Source: Verrucomicrobiota bacterium
GTDB taxonomy: Bacteria > Verrucomicrobiota > Verrucomicrobiia > Opitutales > Seribacteraceae
NCBI GenBank assembly: GCA_027622665.1
Contig: JAQBYT010000001.1
Coordinates: forward strand, 32,001-96,000
Direction of reading: 5' to 3'
DNA length: 64,000 bases
Shown here: positions 51,671 to 61,625 of the stretch, piece after piece
Position numbering within the stretch: the first letter of the stretch is position 1
Layout of the letters: each line of letters opens with the position of its first letter
Translations under genes and position numbers: made by a program
The notes under the pieces: generated by a model
What the model saw: only the letters and a program-made list of their open reading frames with translations
Databases searched by the model: none
What the model was told of the DNA's origin: nothing

Positions 51671-52794
51671 TCCTTGCCACGCAAGTCAGCAATCCGAGCT
51701 TTGGCTTCACGAGCTGATTCCGATTCGGGAGCAACCGTAATAGCTTCTCTATAAAATTGAAGCGCAGGACGAGCTCCTAGCTCTTTCCAGTGCATAATGA
51801 AAAATTTGCCGTTTTTCTCGACGAATCGACCAACGCGAAGTTTGCTCGCCGAAAGTACTTCCCGCATTCGATGCCGTCCTTCTTCAGCTTTGACCAATCT
51901 CTCCTTGGCGGAGGCTAATCTCGCGGCAAACTCATCGTTGCTTTCGTGACGCGACCTTGGAGAGGGTGCTTCGTGAAGGATTAAATAATCTTCGTAAAAA
52001 TTCACTGCCTTAAGGGTAGCCCCTTGGTCGTAATCGGCACCTGCCACCATGGCCTCATGAATGACAGCGAGGTCATAGTAAGCTTTTTCACAGTAATGGC
52101 TCTCTGGATAAAGATTCACTAGTCGCTCGAGGGCATCGATCGCTTCATCATCTTCATTGTCCTTGCGGGCAATTTCGGCAAGAGCGGTAAGTGCTCGTGG
52201 AGCGTACTTCGGACCTCGTGCAAGACGAGCAATCTCGTTGAGGCGGAGACGGTCCTGCTCTCCGCTACGAAAACGAGGGATAAAGCCCCATTTGCGAGGC
52301 TGCTTTTCCTTGGCTAAGCGTTCGGTGAGCCTCATAAGGGCACCGGCAACCTTGTCGAAGTCATACTCGGTATAAGCTTCAGCAATGAGGCGCAATCGGT
52401 CAAACGCTCTGGACCAATCTCCTCGACCCTCAAGAATTCGACCTGCCCGAAATAAGGCTTCCGGTCCGACTTGCACTTCGACGCCTTCGCGGGTTAAACG
52501 TGCATCGGTTCTGCGTTTTGAGAATTTTTCATAAAACCCAAGGGCATTCCTTTGATCTCCCTTTTTTTCTTCCGCTTCTCCCTGAAGAAACCACCCCTTT
52601 GCTTGTTCGAATTCGATGGGGTCACGATTTTTTCCAAAAATACCAGTGCCTTGGAAGAGGTAATTCTTTTCGTCGGGCTGCCGTCGCTCAGTCCCTGGGG
52701 AACGGCGGCGGGAATCTCGGGGGGAGGCAGCCCAAAGATCAGTTCCTAGTGAAACAAGTAGTAAAAGAATTGGTGTAAGGCGTAAGAGGTTCAT
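51667..52794 (-). CDS. bamD: TPR protein, BamD/YfiO-like
   Basis: Signal peptide; TPR helices, LVNLYPES, YDQGATLKAVNFYEDY; bamD-lptE-rpe context. Confidence 0.7.
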   Translation of the reverse strand: MNLLRLTPILLLLVSLGTDLWAASPRDSRRRSPGTERRQPDEKNYLFQGTGIFGKNRDPIEFEQAKGWFLQGEAEEKKGDQRNALGFYEKFSKRRTDARLTREGVEVQVGPEALFRAGRILEGRGDWSRAFDRLRLIAEAYTEYDFDKVAGALMRLTERLAKEKQPRKWGFIPRFRSGEQDRLRLNEIARLARGPKYAPRALTALAEIARKDNEDDEAIDALERLVNLYPESHYCEKAYYDLAVIHEAMVAGADYDQGATLKAVNFYEDYLILHEAPSPRSRHESNDEFAARLASAKERLVKAEEGRHRMREVLSASKLRVGRFVEKNGKFFIMHWKELGARPALQFYREAITVAPESESAREAKARIADLRGKE

Positions 52795-52814
52795 TTTCGT
52801 TAAGATGAGTGATG

Positions 52815-53807
52815 CTAAAAGCGTAAAATGGCCGAAGCCCAAGTCAAGCCTGCCCCAAAGGCAACCAAAAGACCAATTTCGCCAGACTTAAAAATACCAG
52901 TGCGCCTAGCTTCGTCCATTGCGATAGGGATAGATGCTGCAGAAGTGTTACCGTATTTCTCGAGATTGCAGTAAAACTTGTCCATCGGTATGGAAAGGCG
53001 ATGGGAAAGGCTTTCAACTATTCTTCGGTTTGCCTGATGAGGTATGACGTGATCAACGTCATCGGGTGTCAACCCGTGTCTTTCTAATAGAGTCCTACCA
53101 GCATCTTCCATGACGCGTACAGCGTTCTTGAAAATCTCTCGCCCGTTCATCTTAAGAAAATGTTCCCGGCCTTGGAGACTTTCCACCGAGGCCGGCTTGG
53201 AGGAACCGCCAGCAGGTTGACAAAGTAAAGACGGATTGGCTCCATCCGCTCCACATAGAAAACCTTCGAGTCGAGGTCCGTCGCCATCGATCCCCAATAC
53301 GGCGGCACCGGCTCCATCGCCAAAAAGCACGCAGGTGGAACGATCTTCCCAATCGATAATACTCGATAGTTTTTCCGCTCCCACTACTAGGGCTTTTTTG
53401 TACCGACCTGACCGGAGAAGACCGTCGGCCACGTCGAGAGCATACACAAATCCCGAACAAGCTGCTTCCAAATCGAAGCAACATACGTTTCGGAGGCCAA
53501 GTTTATGCTGCAGAAGACATGCCGTTGAAGGGAAGGCCATATCAGGGGTAATTGTGGCTACGACCACAAGGTCAATTTCCTCAGGCAATACATCGGCATC
53601 TTTTAATGCATTTTGGGCAGCACGCATTGCGAGATCGCTAGTGCTCTCTTCATCTGAAGCGATTCGTCGCTCACGAATGCCCGTACGGGAAAAAATCCAA
53701 TCATCGCTAGTATCGACTTTCTTGCTCAATTCAAGATTGGTAAGGCGATTTTCGGGGGCATAGGAACCAAGACCCAACATTACGATGGCGGAAGAATTGG
53801 AAATCAT
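52815..53807 (-). CDS. fabH: 3-oxoacyl-ACP synthase III
   Basis: DTSDDWIFSRTGIRERR, AACSGF, LFGDGAGA, PHQAN, YGNTSAAS. Confidence 0.97.
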   Translation of the reverse strand: MISNSSAIVMLGLGSYAPENRLTNLELSKKVDTSDDWIFSRTGIRERRIASDEESTSDLAMRAAQNALKDADVLPEEIDLVVVATITPDMAFPSTACLLQHKLGLRNVCCFDLEAACSGFVYALDVADGLLRSGRYKKALVVGAEKLSSIIDWEDRSTCVLFGDGAGAAVLGIDGDGPRLEGFLCGADGANPSLLCQPAGGSSKPASVESLQGREHFLKMNGREIFKNAVRVMEDAGRTLLERHGLTPDDVDHVIPHQANRRIVESLSHRLSIPMDKFYCNLEKYGNTSAASIPIAMDEARRTGIFKSGEIGLLVAFGAGLTWASAILRF

Positions 53808-53829
53808 TAAAGAATCACTCAACTGAATT

Positions 53830-54882
53830 TCAGGATACTTCCGGGCGCAGGATTTCGTTTGCAGAGGTAATGTCAGCAAGAACTTGGCTGATCATGTCGC
53901 ATTGCACCAGATCGAGAGCAATTTTTATGGCACCACATACATGGTGTCTGTTGGATGATCCATGCGCCTTGATTACATGTTTGCGTAGACCTAATAAAGG
54001 GGCCCCTCCAAACTGTTCGGGATTGATTCTTTGCTTGAGGCTGCGGAACGCTCCCTTCGAAAGCAATGCCCCAGTTTTCCGCAAGGCGTTGCGGCGTAAT
54101 TCCTCATCAAGAAAACTACCGATCAACTTACTTAAAGACTCACAGGCTTTCAGCACTATATTTCCCACAAAACCATCACACACAACGACATCCACTATGT
54201 TTTCGAAAATCTGAGAGCCCTCGATGAGGCCCGCGTAGTTTAAAATGCTGCCGTTGATGCTTTTGAGCATCTCGTGCGTCTGATGAATTAGTTCGTTTCC
54301 CTTGCCTTCTTCGGTTCCGATCGTAAGGAGTCCCACTCGGGGTCGCACCAAACCTAAGGCAACCCGAGCATAGTTTGATCCAAGAATGGCATTCTGAGCT
54401 ACGTGTATGGGCTTCGGGTGCGGATTGGCTCCTGCATCAAGCAGTGTAAAGTAGCGCTCTCGACCGGGCCAAATCGTACAGAGTGCCGGCCTCTCAACAC
54501 CATCAAGAGTGCGAAGGCGGATAGCTCCGCCAGCCATAAGGCATCCAGTGTTACCGCAGCTCAACAAAGCATCCGCTTCATTCTCCTTAACCATCTCCAA
54601 GGCTCGAGACATGGAAGAATCCTTTTTCTGCTTAATACCTGCAATGGGTTTTTCGCCCATGGAAATAATTTCCGAGGCATGGCGCATCTCCACATTCGCC
54701 GATTTCAATCGAGGCTTATTTTCAATCATCGGACCCAAGACATCCTCCTGTCCTACCACTACAAATCGGGCGCCACGAGGAGCTGCTTCCACTGCAAGCA
54801 CAAGTCCCTCGAGAATTTCATTAGGTCCTTCGTCGCTGCCCATCGCATCGATGGCCAACGTAACTCTAGCCTCGGACGTCAC
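53830..54882 (-). CDS. plsX: Phosphate acyltransferase PlsX
   Basis: IDAMGSD, SCGNTG, ERPAL, LDAGAN, VVCDGFVGNIVLK, GGAPLLG, KAHGSS. Confidence 0.97.
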   Translation of the reverse strand: MTSEARVTLAIDAMGSDEGPNEILEGLVLAVEAAPRGARFVVVGQEDVLGPMIENKPRLKSANVEMRHASEIISMGEKPIAGIKQKKDSSMSRALEMVKENEADALLSCGNTGCLMAGGAIRLRTLDGVERPALCTIWPGRERYFTLLDAGANPHPKPIHVAQNAILGSNYARVALGLVRPRVGLLTIGTEEGKGNELIHQTHEMLKSINGSILNYAGLIEGSQIFENIVDVVVCDGFVGNIVLKACESLSKLIGSFLDEELRRNALRKTGALLSKGAFRSLKQRINPEQFGGAPLLGLRKHVIKAHGSSNRHHVCGAIKIALDLVQCDMISQVLADITSANEILRPEVS

Positions 54883-54906
54883 TACACCGAAGCAGCCAAA
54901 AACGGC

Positions 54907-55083
54907 TTAGAGTTCGAGATCGAGAACTTGTCGTCCGCGATACTGTCCTGTTTCCGGGTTCACATGGTGAGAACGGATAACGGAACCGTCCGCATCCTTG
55001 GCAAGTTGTGGTGCGATGAAACGATTAGCTCCACGCCTTTTACGGCTACGTTGCTTGGATTGTTTGCGCTTTGGTTGGCCCAT
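54907..55083 (-). CDS. rpmF: 50S ribosomal protein L32 (Cys-free form); missed by the ORF track
   Basis: MGQPKRKQSKQRSRKRRGANRFIAPQLAKDADGSVIRSHHVNPETGQYRGRQVLDLEL* (58 aa), directly upstream of plsX. Confidence 0.95.
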   Translation of the reverse strand: MGQPKRKQSKQRSRKRRGANRFIAPQLAKDADGSVIRSHHVNPETGQYRGRQVLDLEL

Positions 55084-55175
55084 GGTGAATGGAATTGGTA
55101 GGTATTAAAAGTCTGCTTCCTCTTTGAAAACATTCTTATAAAATCACTTCATGGGCCGGCAGTCAAGCTCACGAA

Positions 55176-56129
55176 CTAAACAAGCATATCCATTCCAATC
55201 ATCACAAAAATAACCGCTGCGAGCACAATTCGATACCAAGCAAACAAGGCTAAGCCTCGTCGAGACAGAAAACCGACCAACCATCGAACGGCCAAGGCTG
55301 CGGAAACGCCCGCAACGAGACAACCAAATAAAACAGGGCCAAGCTCAAGGTGCTCAATCATTTCGCCACCTCTGGTAACTGTCTTGTAGCCTGCCGCCGC
55401 CGTCAAAGTAACCAGTCCAAGCAAAAAGCTGAATTCCGCCGCTTGTGCAGGACGCAATCCAACTAGGTACCCGCCAACGATAGTCATCATGGAACGACTT
55501 GTGCCCGGCCACATCGCCACGCATTGCAGGAGGCCAATGACAAAAGCGTCAATTGGTCGCATATTACTAAGCTCCGTCGATGCGCCAGAGGCGTCGACTC
55601 GTTCGCGGTTGGCTCTCATTCGCTCGGCAGCGAACATAAGGGCAGCACCGCCAAGCAAAGCAATCGCCACAGGTAGCGCCCCAAAAAGTTTTTGCTCGAT
55701 GACTTCATCAAGAAAAGGGCCGATTGCGGCTGCAGGAAAAAACGCCAACAATACATTACGTGCCAGAGCTCGCCCACGAGGGTCAAGCCCAAGTAAGCCC
55801 AAGCCCATCGCCCAGACATCCCTCCAATACAATAACGCAACTGCAAGAATGGCTCCGGCCTGTATCACTATCAAATACGCATTTAAGGCTGACTGAACTT
55901 CCTCCTCATTTGCTTTGCCCATCCATTCTTTAGTTAGAATCAAGTGACCGGTAGACGAAACTGGCAAAAATTCCGTAATACCTTCCACCAAACCATAAAT
56001 CAAAGCATCACCGTAATCCAAAGCCGAGTGCTGATCCGGATTCACTAAAGTGGAATTATTCTCAACGCCGGAAGCAGACGTCGGAATTCCAAATACAGAG
56101 AAAAATAAGATTCCAAGAAAACTTCGCAT
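55176..56129 (-). CDS. uppP: Undecaprenyl-diphosphate phosphatase
   Basis: GLVEGITEFLPVSSTGHL, IQAGAILAV, PGTSRS, AAEFSFLL, FAWYRI; ATG 56129. Confidence 0.95.
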   Translation of the reverse strand: MRSFLGILFFSVFGIPTSASGVENNSTLVNPDQHSALDYGDALIYGLVEGITEFLPVSSTGHLILTKEWMGKANEEEVQSALNAYLIVIQAGAILAVALLYWRDVWAMGLGLLGLDPRGRALARNVLLAFFPAAAIGPFLDEVIEQKLFGALPVAIALLGGAALMFAAERMRANRERVDASGASTELSNMRPIDAFVIGLLQCVAMWPGTSRSMMTIVGGYLVGLRPAQAAEFSFLLGLVTLTAAAGYKTVTRGGEMIEHLELGPVLFGCLVAGVSAALAVRWLVGFLSRRGLALFAWYRIVLAAVIFVMIGMDMLV

Positions 56130-56253
56130 CCTGTAAAGCTTCAAGCGACTTTTGACCTGCCTTGGCAAGATTGAAAACCGCGAGTCTTGGCAAAACGGCA
56201 ATCCATCTGTTTTACTTGCGAACATTCGAACTCCAATCAACCTGTCGATTAAA

Positions 56254-57315
56254 ATGACTGAAACGACTCTAAACAATTTCTCCGACAAAGCTGAATCGGG
56301 CAATGACCTGGACGAGACTGAGATTGAGGCTGCCTCGGACCTTCTCGCTTCGCCTGACCCGGATGCCGCGGACAAAGAACGGTTCCTTCTGGCACTGGCA
56401 GATAAAGGCGAGTCCCCCGAGGAGGTTGCCGCATTCGCATCTAGGTTTCGAGAATTGGCGAGAGATCCGGGACTTGATAGTCTAGCAAAGGCAGCCATTG
56501 ATGTCTGCGGCACTGGCGGAGATAAGTCCGGCAGTTTCAATATATCTACTTTCGTTGCCTTTACTCTTTCTGCCGGAGGTGTTCCCGTACTCAAACACGG
56601 AAACCGTTCCATTACGTCGAGATGTGGAAGCGCAGACCTCCTGGAAGGTGTTGGGATTCATCTCACTCCCTCACCTGCCACCCTGATTGCCGCGGCAAAG
56701 GAATTGGACTTCACTTTCTTTTTCGCCCCAAATTTCCATCCGGCATTCAAGGAAATTATGCCTGTCAGGCAAAATCTTGCCAGTAAAGGCCGAAGAACCG
56801 TATTCAACCTCTTGGGCCCTCTAATTAACCCGGCCCAACCCGCCCTTCAGCTATTAGGAGTTTTTTCGCCGGATTTAGTGGTGCCGATGGCGTCTACTCT
56901 GAACGCTCTCGGATTACGACGAGGGCTTGTGGTCCATGGGAAACTCGACGAAGGGCGAGGTATGGATGAAATATCCTGTGCCGGTAAAAACCTTGCTGCT
57001 GGATTCGGAGAACTTGCTGATGTTCACGAGGAGAACTGGGGGCCGGAGTCTTTTGGGTTACCATCTTGCGATGAATCCGAATTGAAAGGCGGTGATCTTT
57101 CCGACAATTTGAAAATTCTAGATGATTTACTTCATGGCCTTGCGCCCGAGGGTCTTTTATCCACCATCGCCGCAAACGCTGGCGCCGCCTTTTACATTTC
57201 GGAGAAAGCTGCAGATGTTCGTGAAGGGGCGATCATAGCGAAAGAGCTGATTTTAGGGGGACGGGTCCGGAGCTGGTTGCAAAAAGCCAAGGAGTTTTAC
57301 GCCGACCATGACTAA
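56254..57315 (+). CDS. trpD: Anthranilate phosphoribosyltransferase
   Basis: DVCGTGGD, FNIST, KHGNRS, GSADLLE, RTVFNLLGPLINP, GMDE. Confidence 0.95.
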   Translation: MTETTLNNFSDKAESGNDLDETEIEAASDLLASPDPDAADKERFLLALADKGESPEEVAAFASRFRELARDPGLDSLAKAAIDVCGTGGDKSGSFNISTFVAFTLSAGGVPVLKHGNRSITSRCGSADLLEGVGIHLTPSPATLIAAAKELDFTFFFAPNFHPAFKEIMPVRQNLASKGRRTVFNLLGPLINPAQPALQLLGVFSPDLVVPMASTLNALGLRRGLVVHGKLDEGRGMDEISCAGKNLAAGFGELADVHEENWGPESFGLPSCDESELKGGDLSDNLKILDDLLHGLAPEGLLSTIAANAGAAFYISEKAADVREGAIIAKELILGGRVRSWLQKAKEFYADHD

Positions 57316-58669
57316 AATCGTTAATCACCGTTTTTTCGGAACGGACGGCATCCGCGGCAAAGTTGGCGGATCTTGTATCAATCAAAACTTCGCTTACAGC
57401 CTTGGGTTGGCCATAGGTAGTTTTTTAGCCCGGAAAGACGAGCATGGCGGTACCGTCCTCATAGGCCGAGACACGCGATCATCGGGCGAAGAACTGGCTT
57501 CGGCTATCGCATCTGGCCTTTTCAATAGCGGTTTTTCTCCGATGTTGGCCGGAGTACTGCCCACGCCAGCTCTTGCCCATGCGTTAGTCGTGAACGAAAT
57601 GCGATTTGGCATTATGGTCACGGCTTCACATAATCCAGCGCCCGACAATGGTTTCAAGCTTTTCGACCATATGGGCCGCAAACTGTCAAAGGATCAAGAA
57701 TGGTTAGTCGAGGAGCACATCCTCGGGGACTCCCAAGTCCAGGTCGCGAACGAAGGATTATCGGTCAAGTCCTTTCCGCATCTAGACACTCTGCCCAGTT
57801 ACCGAGACCACATCTTGGGCATATTGCCGGAAAACGCTCTTAGCGATTTCAGAATCGTGGCCGACCTCTCCAACGGCGCAACTACAGTCACTACGCCCGA
57901 AATCCTAAGAGAATTGGGTGCCGAGGTAATTACCATTGCGGATGGTGAAGGCGCCATCAATCATAAGGTCGGAAGCGAGCATCCGAAAGTACTTGCTGAA
58001 AAAGTAAAGGCAACGCAAGCCAACATAGGTCTAGCCCACGACGGCGACGGCGACCGCGTAATTCTATGCGACGACCAAGGGAAAGTCGTCCATGGCGATA
58101 AACTCCTCGGCCTCCTAGCCTTGCATGCAAAAAGAACAGGCAAGCTTTCGGGCAATGTCCTTGTTGCCACAGTCCAGAGTAATTCTGGTCTGGAACGCAG
58201 TCTGAATAACTTGGATGTCCGTCTTGCTCGTTCAGAGGTTGGCGATCGCAATGTGGCAGAGCTCATGAGAGAGCTTGGTGGCAACTTAGGGGGTGAATCA
58301 TCGGGTCATATTATTGCCAGTGATCATCTTCCATCGGGTGACGGGTTGCTCAGTTTTCTTCTTGCATCACAAGCCATGCTTGAAACGGATTCCCCGCTAT
58401 CAGTTCTTGCGGATGAAATCGATCTAGCTCCATGCATTGAGAATGCTTACCGCGTTCTAGAGAAAACTCCGCTCGAATCATTGCCCGAGCTGATGGAAAT
58501 CGTGACCCGTGAAGAACAAAGTTTAGGAAAAGAAGGGCGTGTCCTTCTTCGTTACTCTGGAACCGAACTTAAAATTCGTCTTCTGGTGGAGGCTCTCGCC
58601 TCAAACCAAGCAGAAGAAGTTTTCCTTACCTTGGAACAAGCGTTACGAAAAGCATTGAGATTTGCGTAA
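57308..58669 (+). CDS. glmM: Phosphoglucosamine mutase
   Basis: FGTDGIRG, TASHNP, DGDGDR, GGESSGH, RYSGTE. Confidence 0.93.
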   Translation: MTKIVNHRFFGTDGIRGKVGGSCINQNFAYSLGLAIGSFLARKDEHGGTVLIGRDTRSSGEELASAIASGLFNSGFSPMLAGVLPTPALAHALVVNEMRFGIMVTASHNPAPDNGFKLFDHMGRKLSKDQEWLVEEHILGDSQVQVANEGLSVKSFPHLDTLPSYRDHILGILPENALSDFRIVADLSNGATTVTTPEILRELGAEVITIADGEGAINHKVGSEHPKVLAEKVKATQANIGLAHDGDGDRVILCDDQGKVVHGDKLLGLLALHAKRTGKLSGNVLVATVQSNSGLERSLNNLDVRLARSEVGDRNVAELMRELGGNLGGESSGHIIASDHLPSGDGLLSFLLASQAMLETDSPLSVLADEIDLAPCIENAYRVLEKTPLESLPELMEIVTREEQSLGKEGRVLLRYSGTELKIRLLVEALASNQAEEVFLTLEQALRKALRFA

Positions 58670-58730
58670 AACATGGTGCTATTGAACTTTTGACTAACTC
58701 ACTTCTAGCCCTGACACCTAATTCTTTATA

Positions 58731-60143
58731 TTGATTGAGGAAACTTCCATCGCGGATTTGGATCCCCGGCAAATCAAACAGCTCCAAGCTGCGGAGACTG
58801 CGGAAAGAACCAACCCGAGCTACGCACTGGAAATCTATGGATCTGTCCTTAGGCAAGTCCAGGGTTGTCTGGAACTTCGGAAAAAACTGCGAGCCCTTCA
58901 GATCAAGGTTACCGGTGGCAATACCAAAGGTTTCTCAAAGTTCTTGGGGAAAGTAACCGCAGCTCCTTTTCGAATGGGAAACAAGGCTGAAAAAGATCCC
59001 GAGGGCTCCTTGGTTAAGGCAGAAGAATTCATTGCTAAGAGCCCTGGAAATGTGATCGCTCACCAGTTGCTGGCAGATGCTTCAGCCAACCTCGAGATGC
59101 ACAAAACCGTGATATTTGCCTATGAAACCATCTACAAACTAGAACCAGGCAACATACTAAACCTCAAAGACTTAGGTCGTTCCTACCTAGTTGTGGGAGA
59201 TACGGAAAACGCTATTAAGACAGGCAATGCCATCTTGAGCAAAAGCCCTGGCGACGGTGACGCAGAGGATCTTATGAAGAAAGCATCCGTTGCCATTGCA
59301 ATGCACAAGGGAAAGTGGGAGGAGTCCGAAGACTATCGAACTCAGCTAAAAGACGAAAAAGAAGCTCAATCTCTTGAACAAGCAAGCAAGTCCGTTAACG
59401 ACGCCAAAGGCCTCGAAGATCTTATTCAGCAAACATACGAAGAACTGCAGGCTCAGCCCGAAAACTTAAACAACTATCGCCAGCTCAGCGATCTCTATCA
59501 TCGTGCAGGAGATATCGAAAACGCCATAGCTTGGATTCAGGAGGCTCGCAAGCACGAGGCTGGTCAATCGGATGTTTCACTCGAGAACAAGGAGCGGGAA
59601 CTAACCCTCGAATATTACGATGATTCCATTGATCAATGGAAAGCAGCGCTCGCCGCCGAACCCGAAGATGCTGACAATCAATCCGGATTAGACCAAACGA
59701 TCGCCACAAAAGCCGAATATCATCGTAAGCAAATCGAATCTCTCGTCGAGCGATACCCGAACGATTACGGTTATCGCTATGAACTCGGTCGCCTGCTTTA
59801 CGATGCAGCGGATTACGATGGTGCGATATCTCAATTTCAGCTCGCTCAACGAAACGCCAACGTACGTCTCGATTCAATCATGTATCTTGGCCGTGCCTAC
59901 AGACGCAAAAAATTCTTTGATATGGCAATTGAACAGTTCTGTGCATTGAAGAGGGAGTTACAAGTCATGGACGACCGAAAAAAGCAAGCAATCTACGAAC
60001 TCGGTTGCTGTCTGGAGGCAATGGAAAAACACGATGCCGCAATCGAGGAATTCAAGTTGGTGTATTCCGCTGATATCTCTTATCGTGACGTCTCACAAAA
60101 AATCGACGCCTTTTATTCATCAAAGCAAAGCAAAGCACTCTAG
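58731..60143 (+). CDS. Tetratricopeptide-repeat protein
   Basis: Multiple TPR-like helical pairs (YRYELGRLLY..YDGAISQFQ; YELGCCLE..AAIEEF), C-terminal YRDV. Confidence 0.85.
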   Translation: MIEETSIADLDPRQIKQLQAAETAERTNPSYALEIYGSVLRQVQGCLELRKKLRALQIKVTGGNTKGFSKFLGKVTAAPFRMGNKAEKDPEGSLVKAEEFIAKSPGNVIAHQLLADASANLEMHKTVIFAYETIYKLEPGNILNLKDLGRSYLVVGDTENAIKTGNAILSKSPGDGDAEDLMKKASVAIAMHKGKWEESEDYRTQLKDEKEAQSLEQASKSVNDAKGLEDLIQQTYEELQAQPENLNNYRQLSDLYHRAGDIENAIAWIQEARKHEAGQSDVSLENKERELTLEYYDDSIDQWKAALAAEPEDADNQSGLDQTIATKAEYHRKQIESLVERYPNDYGYRYELGRLLYDAADYDGAISQFQLAQRNANVRLDSIMYLGRAYRRKKFFDMAIEQFCALKRELQVMDDRKKQAIYELGCCLEAMEKHDAAIEEFKLVYSADISYRDVSQKIDAFYSSKQSKAL

Positions 60144-60201
60144 GTAATTCGTTTTTTTCGGCCAGTAGAGGCTCTGGTTCATCAGAAAGTGTCTTGAACA
60201 A

Positions 60202-61062
60202 TTACAAATCTATCTCCAATACTGCTTCTAGAGCGTGAGAGCCATGGGGATCAAAATCATTGGTGGAAGCTGTAGAAAAGTACTTGTATCCGAACCGACC
60301 TGATAAGCTTTCAGTAAAACGGTGTCCTAGCCCCGTTGACAATTGGTAAGCGAGAAGATTCTTTTTGTAACTCCAATAGCCGGAAGGGCGTTGGATCTTA
60401 ACCAAACTAGGACCCAAACCGACTCCAATGTAAAAGACATTGGATTCCCAGAAACCTACTTCCCACTCACCATTAATCATTAGGGTGTTTAATTCGGCAT
60501 GCCCCTTGCCGGATTCGGAATTATCGTAACTGCGATGAGACAACTCCATGCCCATCCGCCAGTTACCAGAATCGATGCCTGCTCCAGCGCCAACGGAATA
60601 TCCGTTGTCGTAGTCGGCCACTTTGTTTTCAGGCGATATGTGAGCGTTATTTGGCATTACATATCCGCTGAAAATTTGGAAATAATAGGTATTGTTCTTA
60701 CTAATTTCTACATGCCTTGTGGGGATTGGAGTATAAGTTTGCTTATTAGGAAGTCTTTGTTTTGGTGCGATGGGTGGCGGGGCATGAGTTTTACCGGTCG
60801 AGTGGGCAGGTTCTGGCGGGGCAGCGGGTATCTTTAATCGCACGGGCAACTGTTTACCTGCTTGGAGAGCTTTGAGTCTGGCTTGAGCTTGCTCCATTAC
60901 TTCAGAGTGGCGTTGCAAACGCAGTTCATTTTCATGAAGTCGTCGTTGCAACTCAGCTGCCTTTTCGTCTAAGTCTGCAATGCGCTCTTGAAAACTCTGG
61001 GCGTTAGCGGCTATAGAAACTGCGAACAAAAAAACGGAAATCCGTATCGACTGCATTATCAT
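60202..61062 (-). CDS. Outer-membrane beta-barrel protein (OMP_b-brl/opacity-like) with N-terminal coiled coil
   Basis: Signal peptide, heptad region, Pro linker, amphipathic strands (YIGVGLG, LAYQLSTGLG, FGYKYF, LEIDL end). Confidence 0.75.
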   Translation of the reverse strand: MIMQSIRISVFLFAVSIAANAQSFQERIADLDEKAAELQRRLHENELRLQRHSEVMEQAQARLKALQAGKQLPVRLKIPAAPPEPAHSTGKTHAPPPIAPKQRLPNKQTYTPIPTRHVEISKNNTYYFQIFSGYVMPNNAHISPENKVADYDNGYSVGAGAGIDSGNWRMGMELSHRSYDNSESGKGHAELNTLMINGEWEVGFWESNVFYIGVGLGPSLVKIQRPSGYWSYKKNLLAYQLSTGLGHRFTESLSGRFGYKYFSTASTNDFDPHGSHALEAVLEIDL

Positions 61063-61138
61063 GAACTGGCTTTCCTTTGATGTTTGTTGATTGGAATAGA
61101 CTCTTCTTACCAAAACTTTTCATTTAATCAGTTGCAAG

Positions 61139-61447
61139 ATGAAAAATAATGGAGAAACAGAACCCGTAGAAATCCCAATTGACGGAACACTCGATCTCCA
61201 TGGGTTTCGTCCCGCCGATATTGGCGACCTCGTGGAGGCTTACTTATGCGAATGTCGCTTGCGCGGGATGTTACACGGTCGTCTAATCCATGGAAAAGGA
61301 ATCGGAACTTTGCGTGAAACCGTACATGCGACCCTTCGCAGGTTATCGTTCGTAAAGAGTTTCCGCCTCGGAGACGAGTCTTCAGGTTCTTGGGGCGCAA
61401 CCCTTTTCGAGCTTCAACCTAAAGACAAACAGACGGAGACAAATTGA
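61139..61447 (+). CDS. Stand-alone Smr (MutS2-related) domain protein
   Basis: LDLHGF, IHGKGIGTLR, GSWGAT. Confidence 0.92.
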   Translation: MKNNGETEPVEIPIDGTLDLHGFRPADIGDLVEAYLCECRLRGMLHGRLIHGKGIGTLRETVHATLRRLSFVKSFRLGDESSGSWGATLFELQPKDKQTETN

Positions 61448-61564
61448 CTCCAGTGGGTTCGGTCATCCTTCCTTGTAGTCATAAAAGTGGGATTAAGGCA
61501 CATTGTGGCCGCACGAAAATGTGTTAAGTTACTTACTGGCAATATTTTGACAAGTTTCAGATTC

Positions 61565-61580
61565 TGGCTAAAATTTTGCA
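61565..61580 (+). promoter_or_regulatory. Candidate sigma-54 (-24/-12) promoter of hsp20
   Basis: TGGCTAAAATTTTGCA = TGGC-N7-TTGCA, upstream of the AAGGAGG RBS and ATG 61626. Confidence 0.6.
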
Positions 61581-61625
61581 TGATTATTGACTCTAACCCA
61601 TCTAAAATCAAAGGAGGAAATAATT

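Noticed and set aside
56130..56612. 161-aa N-terminal extension of uppP
   Set aside because: Antisense to trpD; in-frame read-through artefact
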